Assembly: GCF_018350175.1 (NCBI RefSeq)
Contig: NC_058373.1
Location: 108,254,001 to 108,318,000, forward strand
Reading direction: 5' to 3'
From: Felis catus
Taxonomy: Eukaryota
DNA: 64,000 bases
Positions 24,531 through 37,386 of this stretch are shown one piece after another. Below the pieces are notes generated by a model that was given only the letters and a program-made list of their open reading frames with translations, was not told the DNA's origin and made no database searches. Positions within the stretch are counted from its first letter, which is position 1, and each line of letters begins with the position of its first letter. The position numbers were made by a program, and so were the translations under genes.

Positions 24531-25667
24531 TTATCCTCTACAAGATTCCCATAGCATGTGCCTCATGTTACAGGAATAATCTGTCCTTTAGAAATGGAGT
24601 CCCTGGTCACTGATTCCATTTTTCTTTGTGACAAATAAAAAATGAAAACTAAATTACCTTTAGAAATGTAAGACTCTACAGAAAAGAGTCTAGGAGAAAT
24701 CACCCAAAGGTAGAGAGCTCAGGTTTAAAATAAAGTATTCAATCATGGTGTTTTCTTTCCCAAGGCTTATCATTTTGCACAAGTGTGCTTGCAGCATTTT
24801 GGGGAGCATGTGGGCATGTGGTCCATGTGCACACATACACTTTTTAATAACCTCAGGAGAGTTCAGTGATGGGCTCTCACAGGTGCCACAACAGCTATCT
24901 CTTGTATGGGAGATCCAAGAGGGCTCTGGGGTCCTCTCTGCTGACTTGCCTCTGGTGACCCCTTTGGGCTTTGTAGTTTTGCCCCTCACTTGGGCATGGC
25001 TGATAGGTGGCTGTCATACTGAGTGGATGCTGTTTCAGGGTGTCTCCCCAGGGTTTGATACCTGCTGGCTCTGGAGTCTTATAAAAGCCTGTCCAATGAT
25101 GTCGATAAGCCTGAGGAAATTTCGGTTTTCCCATTATCGAGCTTTAAAAGGGTGTAATCTTCTAATAAGGTCCATAATGACCTCATCCGCCTGATGTCTC
25201 TGCTGCTCCTGATCTTGGACATCCAGGTTCTAAGAGTAGCCTTTCTCTGTCTCATACTTCTACTCTGGGGGACCCGCCCACTGTCCATCTTGATATTCCC
25301 TGTTTCTCTTGCATTGCAGCCCATGCTCTAACTCTCCCTATGAGCCAATCTGTTTTTTTTTTTTTCCTTCCCTTTCATTTTCCTTTGAACTTTGGCTGAA
25401 CCACACTAGCCCTGTCAACCTTAGGTTTGTAGAGGCCTCCGCAGCTAGGCTGCCTTTAACAGCCTTCCCCTGCTTCTCCATTGTCAGAAACTAGAGGATA
25501 GTCCTTCACCTCTCAGACTCTACAATCCTATCCTCAGACTTTTTAGAGGCACAATTATAATGTCCTCCTTGACTGGTCTATTAGCATAAAATCAATTGTT
25601 AGATTTTAGTGATGATAATTACAATATAATTATAGTTATATATTGTTTTTCATTGTGCTCCCCCTTT

Positions 25668-26215
25668 ATTTGTTATCTATTGCTGTATAACAAATTACCA
25701 CAAACTTACTGCCTTAAAACAATACATCCATCTCACAGCTCTTTTAAGTCAGGAGTCTGGGTGGGGCTTCTGGGAGTTGGGAGTCTGCAAGGCTGCATTT
25801 AAGGCGTCAGGCAGGGCTAGGTTCTCATCTGAAAGCCTGAGGCTTGATTAGGGAAGGATCTACTTCCAGCCTTACATTGGCATACCATTCCCGTATCACG
25901 TGTTGGCAGGACTCAGACCCTTGCAGGCTCATGGACTGAGGATCTCCATTTCTCATCAGCTGGAGGCCACTCTTAGGTCTTTAATACACGAACCTCCTTA
26001 GTATGTCCCCTTGCTTTATCACAGCTAGCAAGGGAGGGAGTCTTCTAGCAAGACAGGTATTAAAATCTTAAGTGATAGAATCATGGAAGTGACATCTCAT
26101 CACCATTGACATATTTTATTGGTTAGAAGCAACTCACAGATTCTGCCTGCACTCAGGGGTGTGAGTACCAGGGGGGGGGGACAGTTGGAGACCGTCTGAG
26201 ACTCCATCTGCCATA
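25668..26215 (-). mobile_element. MaLR solo LTR (MLT1E/F-like)
   Basis: gttatctattgctgtataacaaattaccacaaactta start; ggaagtgacatctcatcac...attggttagaagcaa motifs. Confidence 0.85.
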
Positions 26216-26289
26216 TTCCCTGTGAAACTTTTAGCATCTACTTCAATTAGCTTTTTGCTTGGAGTATCACATCCCTTTTCATTTCATTA

Positions 26290-26522
26290 TTATTTTTTTA
26301 ATGTTTATTTTTGAGAGAGAGAGAGAGAGAGAGTGAGAGTGTGTGTGTGTATGTATGTGAGCAGGGGAGGGGCACAGAGAGAGGGAGACACAGAATCTGA
26401 AGCAGGCTCCAGGCTCTGAGCGGCCAGCATAGAGCCCAATGCGGGGTTCGAACTCACAAACTGAGAGATCATGACCTGAGCCGAAATTGGACACTTAACT
26501 GACTGAGCCACCCAGGCACCCC
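26290..26522 (-). mobile_element. CanSINE
   Basis: Antisense SINE with GA/GT tract. Confidence 0.94.
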
Positions 26523-27814
26523 ATCCTCTTTAAAACTTTAGATAACATTGGGGTGGTAAAGCCTGAGATGATAATTGCCCCTCTGAGAAAAGAAATTGTT
26601 TTCCTCCCTCCTACCAGAGACGTTTTGTGCTGGAGGAATGATGGTAGAGCGAGGAAGGGTACTATTTGGTCTTGGAGTGGAGTTACTGAGGAGGTTGTGT
26701 CTGAATGGGATGCTGCTGAGGGGAGCAGAAGACTGTATGCTGTGTGAATTAATTTTATGAAAACTTAAAATTTTAAAAATTGAAATGCTCAAAATGTCTC
26801 ATTTTTGGAAAAGTTAACAAACGAAGGAAGTAAAGGACAGAGCTATGAAATTAGGGTTGAAAGTCGGTGAAGGTCCCAGAGTGAGAAAACTAAGGGGGAT
26901 GAGAACACTATCAAAGAGAAGCTGTTTTGTCATGGGGGTAAATGGATTTTATTAAGGTGCCTTGTTAATGTGGGAAGCATTCTAAGGGGGTAGGAGGTTA
27001 TTTAAGGTTTAAGTGTCTATCTGTGTTGCATTCTTATAAATGATTTTATCCATCTCCAACTACCGTTTTTGACTTAGAGGAGGGCAGATACCCAGACACT
27101 GGACGGATCCTGACTGCTGATAATATTGCTGTGTGCAACAGCAAACTGCAAGCTAAATTCTTGCTTTAAAATTGACTCTGAGTTTAGAGTATGGAACGAC
27201 CCTGCAGAGGTTTTTTTCAGTGGCAAATGTTGATTTTTGTTGCATGTCCCTTTCTTGAAACTCTCAGCATCTTGATTTTTTGGTTGCTACTTACTGCCTG
27301 AAAGCTATTCTATCATAAAAGAGATGGAATCCTGGCCATTACTTGTAATCAAAATAAGACTATCCTACTTTTAATAAATTGAGTTGGATCCTGGAGACAA
27401 ACATTTACATTTTTATCTGCTAAAATGAGCCTATATAAAATGAATAGAAGGGAGGAGTCTGAAATTATTTTCTTAAAAGGGATTTCTCCCACATTGTGGC
27501 CCAAATCACAGGCTGTTTTGCCTTTGGAGTATTTACAGACTCTCCAATAGATGCAACTGTCCAATAGATTCTCAACAGAATCTGTTGCTCATTTTATCTC
27601 TACCTTTTAAGGTTCCCCCCCCCTTTTTTTTTTTTTACCTCTTGCTAGTCTATATGTTCTTTGAGGGACAGATCTACTTTTAGGTATATTTCTTCAATTT
27701 TGTCACTCTACTGAATAAACATGGTGCCTAGCATAGAGTGACCACTCACATGGTTGCCAAATTCTGTTTCTCTACTGCGAGACTTTTCTTTTTCTTGGAT
27801 TCCCTTCTTTGCTT

Positions 27815-28010
27815 CAGTAGTTCTCAAAGTGTGGACCTAGCAGCCAAGGTGGGGGAGGTCCCTGAGACTTCAGAGGGTCGGTATGGTCAAAACTACTTTC
27901 ATAATAATGCTAATACTGTATTTGTCTTTTCATTTTCCTTTTCTTGACTGCTCATCAGAATTGGCAGAGGGTACATAAGGAGCAGTGACCTCTTCACCCT
28001 GTGGCCAATG
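27815..28010. mobile_element. hAT-Charlie element end (Charlie1/MER119-like)
   Basis: cagtagttctcaaagtgtgg terminus and ggtcaaaactactttcataataat motif. Confidence 0.7.
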
Positions 28011-28551
28011 AATGTTGTGTCTGTGTATTCTGTTGCTCACCGTCGTAGTTCAGTTGCCCAAACTTTCCTGTGTCAAGGCTGATTTTGTGCATGGAGCATT
28101 CAGGGGTGTGCTCAGGACTTCCTACACAGATTTCAGGGTTTACTCTGTCTAGTTCCCTCTTCTCTGTAATCTTTGCCCCCCCTTCCCCGGCTGAGATGAG
28201 GTAGGGTGCTGTCGCTTTGCTATCCTTCCAGTGTGGTGGTTGATAGTGCTCTCTTTCATGGTCTGTGGCCTCTGTGGTCACTGTGCCAGTGAAGGGAGGG
28301 AGGGCCGCTGCCTCTTTCCCGAGGTTACTTAGTGCAGAGCAGGGATGGTCAACGAGGCTCCACCCACCCCGTGTGCAGCACACCCTGGGAGGAGGAGGAG
28401 GAGTGCAGCCTGTGCTTTGTTAGTGTGGGGTGGGGATGGGCAGCAGGGCTCCTCCCCTCGGTCTCCACAGTGCTGGGTGAGGAGGCAGAGGGAGCTGGCT
28501 CTTTCATGGTGTTTGCTTAGAGCAGACTAAGTATATTAAAGGAGGTTCTGT

Positions 28552-28940
28552 GGGTGGCTTAGTCATCTGAGTGTCCGACTCTTGATTTTGGCTCAAGTCG
28601 TGATCCTCAGGGTCATGGGGTCAAGCCCAGGGTTGGACTCCATGCTTGGTGTGGAACCTGCTTAATATTTTCTCTCTCCCTCTCTCCTTCCCTCCCTGTC
28701 TCTGTGTCTATCTCCCCCTCCCTCCCACTCCCCCCTCCCTCCCTCTCCTCTCCTTCCCTCCCTCTCTCCCTCTCTCTTCCCTCTTTCCCTTTCTCTCTCT
28801 CTCCCCCTCCCTCTCTTCCTGTCCCCCTTCCTCCCTCCCTCCCTCTCCCCCTCCCTCCCTCCTTCTCTCCCTCCCACTACTCCTCCTCCCACTTGCTTGT
28901 GCTCTCCCCCTCTCTCTCAAGAAAAGGAAAAGAAAACAAA
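28552..28940 (+). mobile_element. CanSINE with a ~250-bp expanded C/T tract
   Basis: TSD gaggttctgt at 28542-28551 and 28942-28951. Confidence 0.9.
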
Positions 28941-28989
28941 AGAGGTTCTGTCCTTTAGGGCTATCTTCTTCCAAGTCCTTTGGCTACAG

Positions 28990-29215
28990 AGAACAGATTT
29001 CAGTTGGGGATGGTTGGCCCTACAGGTGACTTTTGACAGTATCTGAAGACATTTTTTTGCTGTCACAAGTGGGAAGTTGTTACTGGTATCTAGTGGGTAG
29101 AGGTCAGAGTTACTGCTAAATATGCTACGGTACATAGAACACCCCTACCACCACCATGAACAAAAAGGTATTGTCTAGTCCGAAATATCAATAATGCCAA
29201 GGTTGAGAACTCCTG
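28990..29215 (+). mobile_element. MER20 hAT MITE
   Basis: tactggtatctagtgggtagagg...tgctaaata...aatatcaataatgccaaggttgagaactcctg. Confidence 0.9.
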
Positions 29216-29377
29216 ATCTAAAGAGACTGGACTTTTCTTACAGCTTTTTTTTTTTTTTTTTTACATTTATTTCATCTTGCCCCCAAATGGAAGTCTCCTC
29301 AACATTTTAATATATTATGTTTTAGTTCATTGGCATCTATTATTGATGAGAAATGTAATTTATAATTTACTTTTTTA

Positions 29378-29594
29378 GGGGCGCGTGGGTGGCTCAGGCG
29401 GTTAAGCATCCAGCCTCAGCTCAGGTCATGATCTGATGGTTTGTGAGTTTAAGCCCCACATCAGGCTCTGTGCTGACAGCTCAGACCCTGGAGCCTGCTT
29501 CAGATTCAGTGTCTCCCTCTCTCTCTGCCCCTCCCCCACTTGTGTGCATGCTCTCTCTCAAAAATAAATAAACCTTAAAAAATTAATATAAAAA
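29378..29594 (+). mobile_element. CanSINE
   Basis: Flanking repeat ataatttactttt. Confidence 0.95.
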
Positions 29595-29689
29595 ATAATT
29601 TACTTTTAGATACATTATCTTTCCCCTTTGATTTTAAGAGTTCTTTTCAGTTTCAATTTCATTATGTGAATACATGTCAATTTTTTTTA

Positions 29690-31720
29690 GCCTTTTTTTT
29701 AGATTCACAACAAAATTGAGAGGTAGAAAGATTTCCTGTGTACTCTGCCCCCATATATACATAGTCTCCCCCATTATCAACATTATCTACCTGGATGGTA
29801 CTTTTTTTTTTTTAACAAAGATACATCATAATCATCCAAAGTCCATAGTTTACATTAGAATTCACTCTTGGTGCTACACATTCTGTGGGTTTGGACAAAT
29901 TTATAATGACATGTACCCACCGTTATTTCATACAGAGCATTTTCACTGCCCCTCAAATTCTCTGTGTTCTGCCTATTCATCCCCAGCCCCCAGCAACCAC
30001 TGATGTTTTTGCAATTTTGCTTTTCCAGAATGTCATATAGTTGGAATCATACAGTGTGTGGTCTTTTCAGATTGGCTTCACTCACTTAGAAATATGTATT
30101 TAAGTTTCCTGCGTGTCTTTTCATGACTTGATAGCTTATTTCTTTTTAGTGCTGAATAATATTCCATTATTTGGATGTATCACAGTTGATTTATCCATTC
30201 ACTAGTAAATACAATTTGGTTGCTTCCAAGTTTTGGTAGTTATGCATGAAGCTGCTATACACATTTTTGTGTGGACATAAGTTTTCAACTTATATGAGTA
30301 AATATCAAGAAGCACAATTGCTGGATTGTATGATAAGAGTGTGTTTAGTACAGTAAGAAACCACCACACTGTCTTCCAGAGTGGTTGTACCACTTTACAT
30401 CCCCATGAGCAATGAATGAGAGTTCCTTCTGCTCTACATCTTTGCCTTGATATTGTCAGTATTCCAGATTTTGGTCATTCTCAGAGCTGTGTAGTGGTAT
30501 CTCATTGTTTTAATTTACATTTCCCTGATGAGATATGCTATGCTATAAAGATATGCATCTTTTCATATGCTTATTTGCTATCTGGATATTTTAAAATTGG
30601 GTTTGTTTTCTTGTTTTTGAGTTTTAAGAGCTCTTTTATACTTTGGACAATAGTCCTTTATCTTTATAAATGTGTTCCTTGCAAATATTTTTTTCTCCTA
30701 GTCTTTTCCTTGTCTTTCAATTCTCTTGATCTTGTTTTTCACAGAGCAGACATTTTTAATTTTAATGAAGTCTAGATTATCAATTATATCACAAATCCTG
30801 TCTTTGCCGTTGTATCTAAAATGAAATCATCATACCCAAGGTCATGTAAGTTTTCTCCTATGCTATCTTCTAGGAGTTTTAGTGTTTTGAATTTTATGTT
30901 TTGGTCTGTGATCCATTTTGAGTTAATTTTTGTGAAGGGTATAAGGTCTGTGTCTACATTTTTTTTTTTTTTTTTTGCATGTGAACGTCTAGTTGTTACA
31001 GCACCGTTTGTTGAAGAGACGGTCTTTGCTCCATTGTGTTGCCTTTGCTCTTTCATGAAAGATCAATTGACTCTACTTAAGGGTGTCTATTTCTGGGCTC
31101 TTTATTCTGTTCAATTGATGTCTTTATCTCCTCTCTCACTGATACCACACTGTTAGATTACTGTAGCTTTACAGTAAGTCTTAAAGTCTCCAACTTTGTT
31201 CTTCTTCAATATTGTGTTGGCTAATCTGGGTCTTTGGCCTCTCCATATAAACTTTACAATCATTTGTCAACATCATTAAGTTATTTAACTTGCTCAGATC
31301 TTTTTTGAAAAAAAATTTTAATGTTTATTTTTCAGAGAGAGAGAGAGAGAGAGCGAGTGGGGGGCGGTGCAGAGAGAGAGGGAGACACAGAATCTGAAGC
31401 AGGCTCCAGGCTCTGAGCTGTCAGCACAGAGCCTGACACAGGACTAGAACTCACAAACTGAGAGATCATGACCTGAGACAAAGTCAGACTCTTAACTGAC
31501 TGAGCCACTCAGGCAGCCCAACTTGCTGGGATTGTTGTTAAAGTTGCACTGAATCCACAGATCATGTTGGGAAGACCTGATATCTTGACATTATTGAGTC
31601 TTCTTATCCATGAACGTAGAGTATGTCTGCATTTGTTAATTCATCAGAATTTTGTAGTTTTTCTCACATAGATCTTGTACATATTTTGTTGGATTTATAC
31701 CCAAATTTAAAGTATTTTTG
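29690..31720 (-). mobile_element. L1MC1-like 3' portion
   Basis: tttagattcacaacaaaattgag...ccaaagtccatagtttacattag 3' end; degenerate ORF2 peptides ([18 protein letters not shown]) on the minus strand. Confidence 0.88.
31296..31519 (-). mobile_element. CanSINE inserted in L1
   Basis: Flanked by aacttgct. Confidence 0.93.
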
Positions 31721-31729
31721 GGTAATTTA

Positions 31730-32860
31730 TTTTTATTTTGTTCAAGACATTTTAATCTTAATGCTCATGTCTCTAATTCTGGAAAGTTCTTTGTTATTAT
31801 CTTTGAGTATTAAGTTCTTCCTCAATCCCTCTCTACTTTCTTTCTTAAACCTTGTTAGACTGATACACATTGAAGCTTTATGTGTTTCTTGCCTGTCAAC
31901 TACCCATCCAGTCATACCCATATTCTTTCTCTCTCTCTCTCTCCCTCTTTTGTAATTCCTTCAGATTTATTCTCCACTTCAGCAATGTCTACTCTGCTAT
32001 TTAACCTATCGAGGGTTTTTCATTCCAGTGATGGTAATTTTCATGAACATTTGGTTACTTGAAAAAATTCTCTTTTCCCATAGTATCTTATTCCTGCAAT
32101 ATGTTATCTAAGTTATCTTAAAACATTATTATCTTCTAGTCTATTATATTCATCTATAGTTTCCACTTCTTGAAATGTCCATTTTGGTGTCTGCTGATTA
32201 ACCCTGATGGTGATTTATTTCTTTATGTGGTCTTTGATATTAATTTTGCTAACTCATCTTTGGTGAGAGTTTCCCATAAACCCTGAGCTGTAAAAGAGTC
32301 TCTGAGGACAGAGATTTTCATGTCACGTTTACTAAACCCCTAGGGATTTTAGTGGTCTTGCATCACTTTTTATATTAACTATTCATCTGAGGTTCTTAAG
32401 CTGTGAATGTAGAAGAAAACTTACACCCTCTGCTTTGTGTAAGCTTAGGATTTCTAGTTCTCATGGGTGATTTGGTTTTTTAAGACTCAAGGTCTAGGGC
32501 ACTAATCAAACATCTTTGCTCTTTCTTTCAGCGAGTAAGCAGGCTTTGTACAGTCTTATTTTTCACTTGCAAGAGTTCCTTAATGTGTTGGACTTCACTC
32601 TGGCCAGGGAGGTGTGGATGGAGCTTCAATACCAGTTCTTCCTTGTATAGACTCACTGCCCCTAAATCTGAGATTAAAGCCAAGTGCATTGCTGAGGCTC
32701 TGGCTTTGATTTTCTTTGGTTTTTTGAATCTGTGGAACATTTGCATTTTGGAGCTCACCTATGTAATTACGTTTAGTTTTTCAGTTGTATTTTTTTCTGG
32801 AATTCTGTGTGCTTGTAGTCAGAAGGGCACATCCATATCAGTTCTGTATACTGTGGCCAG
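31730..32860 (-). mobile_element. Ancient HAL1/L1ME-type 5' region
   Basis: ctcatgtctctaattctggaaagttc...attatctttga motifs; continues a block beginning near 29320. Confidence 0.6.
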
Positions 32861-33426
32861 AGTCCTGAATTCACATTTGAAGTAGATCACTCATCCATAC
32901 ATCCAGTTGTATTGGCATATAAATACTCTTTGGTGCTCGCTTTTTTCCTTTGAAATGATTTATTAAACACATTGCTATATTGCAATTACCTATTATTTGA
33001 AAAAGCAGTATTTGCTGTATGGTATTTGCTGTATTAATATGATAGCATATATCCTAGCATCTCTGTAAAACTGGGCACGTGTTTGGTGATGTCTTTCTAT
33101 TTTCAAAGCATTTGTTTTTGTATCTTGAAGGCCTTAAAGAAACCTACCTTTAATAAATCCTGATTTTTATCTCCATTTAGCATATGAAGATACTGAGATT
33201 AAGAGAAGTTGTTACGTTATTTGCTATCAGAAATGATTTTTAGTGAAGGAGGAAGTGTGATTTATATCTTCACTGGTGTTAAAAATCAGTTAATGGATTG
33301 GCACTTTGAATAGGACTCAGTAAGTACAGTAATAAGTACAACACGGACCCAGCTTTTCACTTTATAGTACATAGTGAATGTTGTCTCATGGAAGATGATT
33401 ATTTTATAATTTAACAATCACCTTTT

Positions 33427-33633
33427 TTTTTAATGTTTTATTTATTTTTGAGAGAGAGAGAGACAGATTATGAGTGGGGGAGGGGCAGAGAGAGAGGGAG
33501 ACACAATCTGAAACAGGCTTCAGGCTCTGGTTGTCAGCACAGAGCCTGATGCGGGGCTTGAATTCATGAACTGTGAGATCATGACCTGAAATAAAGTCAG
33601 ATGCTTAACCAACTGAGCTTAACCAGGTGCCCC
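33427..33633 (-). mobile_element. CanSINE
   Basis: TSD aacaatcacctttt at 33413-33426 and 33634-33647. Confidence 0.95.
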
Positions 33634-33671
33634 AACAATCACCTTTTAGTGGACATTAGTGGTTTTTCATA

Positions 33672-34536
33672 CAGTAAAACCTTGGTTTGTGAGCATAATT
33701 CATTCCAGAAACATGCTTATAATCCAAAGCACTTGTATAGCAAAGTGAATTTCCCTGTAAAAAATGATGGAAACTCAGATGATTTGTTCCACAACCCCAA
33801 AACATTCATATAAAAATGATTACAATACTGTAATATAATATAAAATAACAAAATACAAATTATAAAGAAAAATAAACAAGTTAACGTGCACTTACCTTTG
33901 AAAACCTTTGTGGCCGGTGTGAAGGAGACAAGAAAGAGGAGGGAGGGTTATTGTGTAGGATGACTTTCAATATCACTAATGGAATCATTGCTATCTGTTG
34001 GCTCAATGGAGTCTTTTTCTGCATGGGGGCCATTGTATATGCTCGTACGGATGTTGACTACAGTATTAATAAACTGTGTCATATACTGTATTTAATGTAA
34101 CTGGCAATAAGGCAGCAGAGGAAAGGGTCTGTATCTGCAGGCAGCCTGACCTAGAATGAAGCAAAGCATTCCTAAGCTTACTCTTGGGTGGAAAAGCAAA
34201 GGATTGTCCATAGGTGCTTTGAAGTGACAAAAATACACTAGTGCCACTTGTGGGCACCTTCCAACGTTCTGAAAAATCAGTGATCTTTGCCAAGCACTGC
34301 AGCCTGAGATCGAGCATCTGAGCATGGGAGACAAACACCCACAATCCCTCAGCAAGAGAGAAACAGAGAGAGAGAGAGAGAACTATTGGCTCAGTTGTGA
34401 TCATGTGACATTTGGTGTCATGTACCACTCATATTGCAAGGCATCCCTCATTTATCAAGTTAAAATTTATTAGGAATGTTTGCTCATCTTGCAGAACACT
34501 CACAGAGCAAGTTACTGTCAATCCAAGGTTTTACTG
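33672..34536. mobile_element. Non-autonomous Tc1/mariner (pogo/Tigger-type) DNA transposon, 865 bp
   Basis: Perfect 14-bp TIRs CAGTAAAACCTTGG...CCAAGGTTTTACTG flanked by TA on both sides. Confidence 0.9.
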
Positions 34537-34864
34537 TAATTAGAAAAATAGTGCCATGAATATAACTGAATTTATCATTTAATACTGTCTCATTATTTAC
34601 TCCCAGGTGTGGAACTGCTGAATCAAAGGATGTGCTCATTTGATAATTTGATGTTGCCAAACTTTCCTCCAAAAAGATTGTACCAACTTGTGCACTGGCA
34701 GTGCATTGATGACAAAATCTAGCAAAACTTTTCTACAAAAATAAATTTCAAGTTGTAGATAATCTGACAAAAATTTTCTCAGCCTGACTCACAGACATGC
34801 ATTCTATCTCTCCCAATTTATCATCCTCCCCAGGTTAGTGAGCTCTACTTTTGGGGGTCTAAAA

Positions 34865-35039
34865 CACTGTTTTGCAAACTCTGGTCACTGGACCAGAGCA
34901 TTAGCATCCTCTGGAACTTGCTAGAAATGTGTGGTCAGGTTTCCCTCCAGACCTTTTGACTGGGGAGCGTGTGGAGCTCAGCAATCTGCCTTAATCACTT
35001 ACAGGTGGTTCTGACGCAGGCCAAGTTTGAGAACCACTG
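34865..35039. mobile_element. MER5A MITE
   Basis: cattagcatc...ggaacttgctagaaatg...aagtttgagaaccactg. Confidence 0.85.
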
Positions 35040-35480
35040 GGCTAGAAGCCACTTCTTATGTAACTCAGAGGCCAGCTCCAGTTCTTGACTCCCACATCCT
35101 TCTTCATTCAGGTCAAAGAAATTGAATTCCTGAGCCTTGACTTACCACAGTTTCTTCCAGCTTTTCATTCCTGCTTCTCAGTATCTCTTGGTAGTGCGGT
35201 TTGACAGCTGATGGCGGGCTCTTGTGTCTATATTGCACTGACCCAGATGAGGAACTGAATCCATTTTTCATAATTAATGCAGACACGTATAATCCGTTCA
35301 CTTGAAAGACATTTGGATGTGTAAAAACTGCAGGTTGGTGGTTGTTTGGGGCAATGAAGAAGTCTGTATCCCAGGAACACAAACAAGCTTAAAATGGAAT
35401 GTTAGATATGCCCATGTTAAAACCCTTTCGCCTTTCCTTCTGCACCCTCTCATTTTTTCCTCTTCCTCCTGTTGGTTGTT

Positions 35481-35504
35481 TTTTCTTTCTTTCTTTCTTT
35501 TTCT

Positions 35505-35551
<47 letters not shown>

Positions 35552-35560
35552 CTCTTTCTT
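35481..35560. repeat. (TTTC)n microsatellite
   Basis: Read directly. Confidence 0.95.
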
Positions 35561-36303
35561 CATTTTTTGCAATAGAGTAAGAAATCCCATTTGTTTCCTT
35601 GTCTTCTGTAATAACCAGGGTTTTTATTGCAGGCAATAGAATCTTCTCACCTACTTTGAGAAAAAAGGGATTTTACTACAGAGTATATGAAAGCTTTCAG
35701 AATTATGTGAGGGTGCCAGGGAAATAAGATTATTTTTAGCCACTCAGTCACAGGTAACATATATCCTCGTTTATTTACGTCTGTCCTTATTTCTTTCATT
35801 AGGATTTTCTAAATTTATTTGAATACTTTTTTTGTACTGTCAAATCAATATCCAATTAAATGTTTATCTCATGAATTCATGACAATTTTCTTGTCTGTTG
35901 ATTTTCCAGTCTCCCCTTGCAGGAGGTGCACTCACCCATGCTGACACGAGGGAGGGAAGAGGTTTGAAGGCATGGGGTCATGTGCAGTTGAAAGGTTCTC
36001 CTCAGTCATGCCCAATACTGAGGCCATTGATCCTGCCTTTGATGAAATGTTTGACATTGAGCTTGTTTTGCCTCTTTTCCTTTTCAGAGGCTCTGTCAGA
36101 GCCTTGGGATTCAGGGGGTTTCCGATTAGACCCTGTTCAGTTGTAACTTTTTGCTAGCAAGCAAGGCCAGACCTCTTTACAGGTGTTGATCCTCCATTGA
36201 ACATGGCAGGCTGATCCTGAGCCAGGGGACCGTACATCTGAAAGATACTCAGGCCTCATTGTAAGGCTCATGGAGGGTCTGCCTCTATAAAATGGGAATA
36301 TTA

Positions 36304-36503
36304 GGGGTGCCTGGGTGGTTCAGTCAGCTCCGTGTCTGATTCTTGATTTCAGCTCAGGTCATGATCTCACAGTTCATGAGTTTGAGCCCAGCATCGGGTT
36401 CTGCACTGACAGTGCTGAGCCTGTTTGGTATTCTCTCCTTCTGTTTCTGCCCCTCTGCTGCTCATGCTCTTCTTCTCTCTCAAAATAAATAAATAAACTT
36501 AAA
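36304..36503 (+). mobile_element. CanSINE
   Basis: Flanking repeat aatgggaata. Confidence 0.93.
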
Positions 36504-36669
36504 GAATGGGAATAATCATAATATGAAGATAAATATCTTTTCAGGAAGGTTCTCTAGGATCAGGCTGTCAAACTATCTTATATTAACTATCTCCCTGATT
36601 CTCCAACATCCTAGGTTTCCAAACTGGTATACATGGACTTTGACAGTATACTTCTGGTGCACAGGGTCA

Positions 36670-36688
36670 CTCTGCCACCTTGTGGTTA
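36670..36688 (-). promoter_or_regulatory. Candidate CTCF motif
   Basis: Minus strand TAACCACAAGGTGGCAGAG matches the CCACNAGGTGGCAG core. Confidence 0.5.
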
Positions 36689-36937
36689 GGCTTGAGAAGT
36701 GTACTTTCCCGGACGTCTGCTTTTTCCTTACTTCCTTGTACCTTGAAAAACTGGAATTACTGGTCCCCCTGGAGAGTTTCTGCCTTTGCCTTTGTGGACC
36801 AGTATGATTTGAAGATGCCTGCCATGTCACATATCAAAAGAAGAGTTTCTAGCAGTTTTAAACAGATATATATGTGCAAGAAAATTTTATTGCCTGTGTA
36901 ATAGCATCCTGGTAAGTAAGAAGGGCCAATGAAGAAT

Positions 36938-36981
<44 letters not shown>
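36938..36981. repeat. (AAC)n microsatellite
   Basis: Read directly. Confidence 0.97.
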
Positions 36982-36983
36982 AA

Positions 36984-37167
36984 CGACTCAGGTCATGATC
37001 TTACAGTTCATGGGATAAAGCCCACGACCCATCTGACTAGCTTCAATACCATGGCATATTCAATACCATGGCAACGTGGAGCCTGCTTGGGATTCTCTCT
37101 TTCCCCCTCTCTGTGACCCTCCCCTGCTCTCACACGCATGCTCTCACTCTCTCTCAAAATAAATAAA
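36984..37167 (+). mobile_element. 5'-truncated CanSINE with altered middle
   Basis: ctcaggtcatgatc...gagcctgcttgggattctctct...aaaataaataaa. Confidence 0.85.
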
Positions 37168-37386
37168 CTTTAAATAAATTTTTTTTGTTTATTTATTTTT
37201 GGGGGAGAGAGAGACAGGGCAAAAGCAGGGGAGGGACAGAGAGAGAGGGAGACAGAGAATCGGAAGAAGGCTCCAGGCTCTGATCTGTCAGCACAGAGCC
37301 CAATGTGGGGCTCAAACCCACAAACTGCGGGATCATGACCTGAGCTGAAGTCAGACACTTAACCGACTGAGCCACCCAGGTGCCTC
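37168..37386 (-). mobile_element. CanSINE inserted in the tail of the preceding SINE
   Basis: TSD tcaaaataaataaa at 37154-37167 and 37387-37400. Confidence 0.93.

Noticed and set aside
28646..29029. Pro/Ser/Leu-rich and Gly/Arg/Glu-rich ORFs
   Set aside because: Translations of the expanded C/T tract
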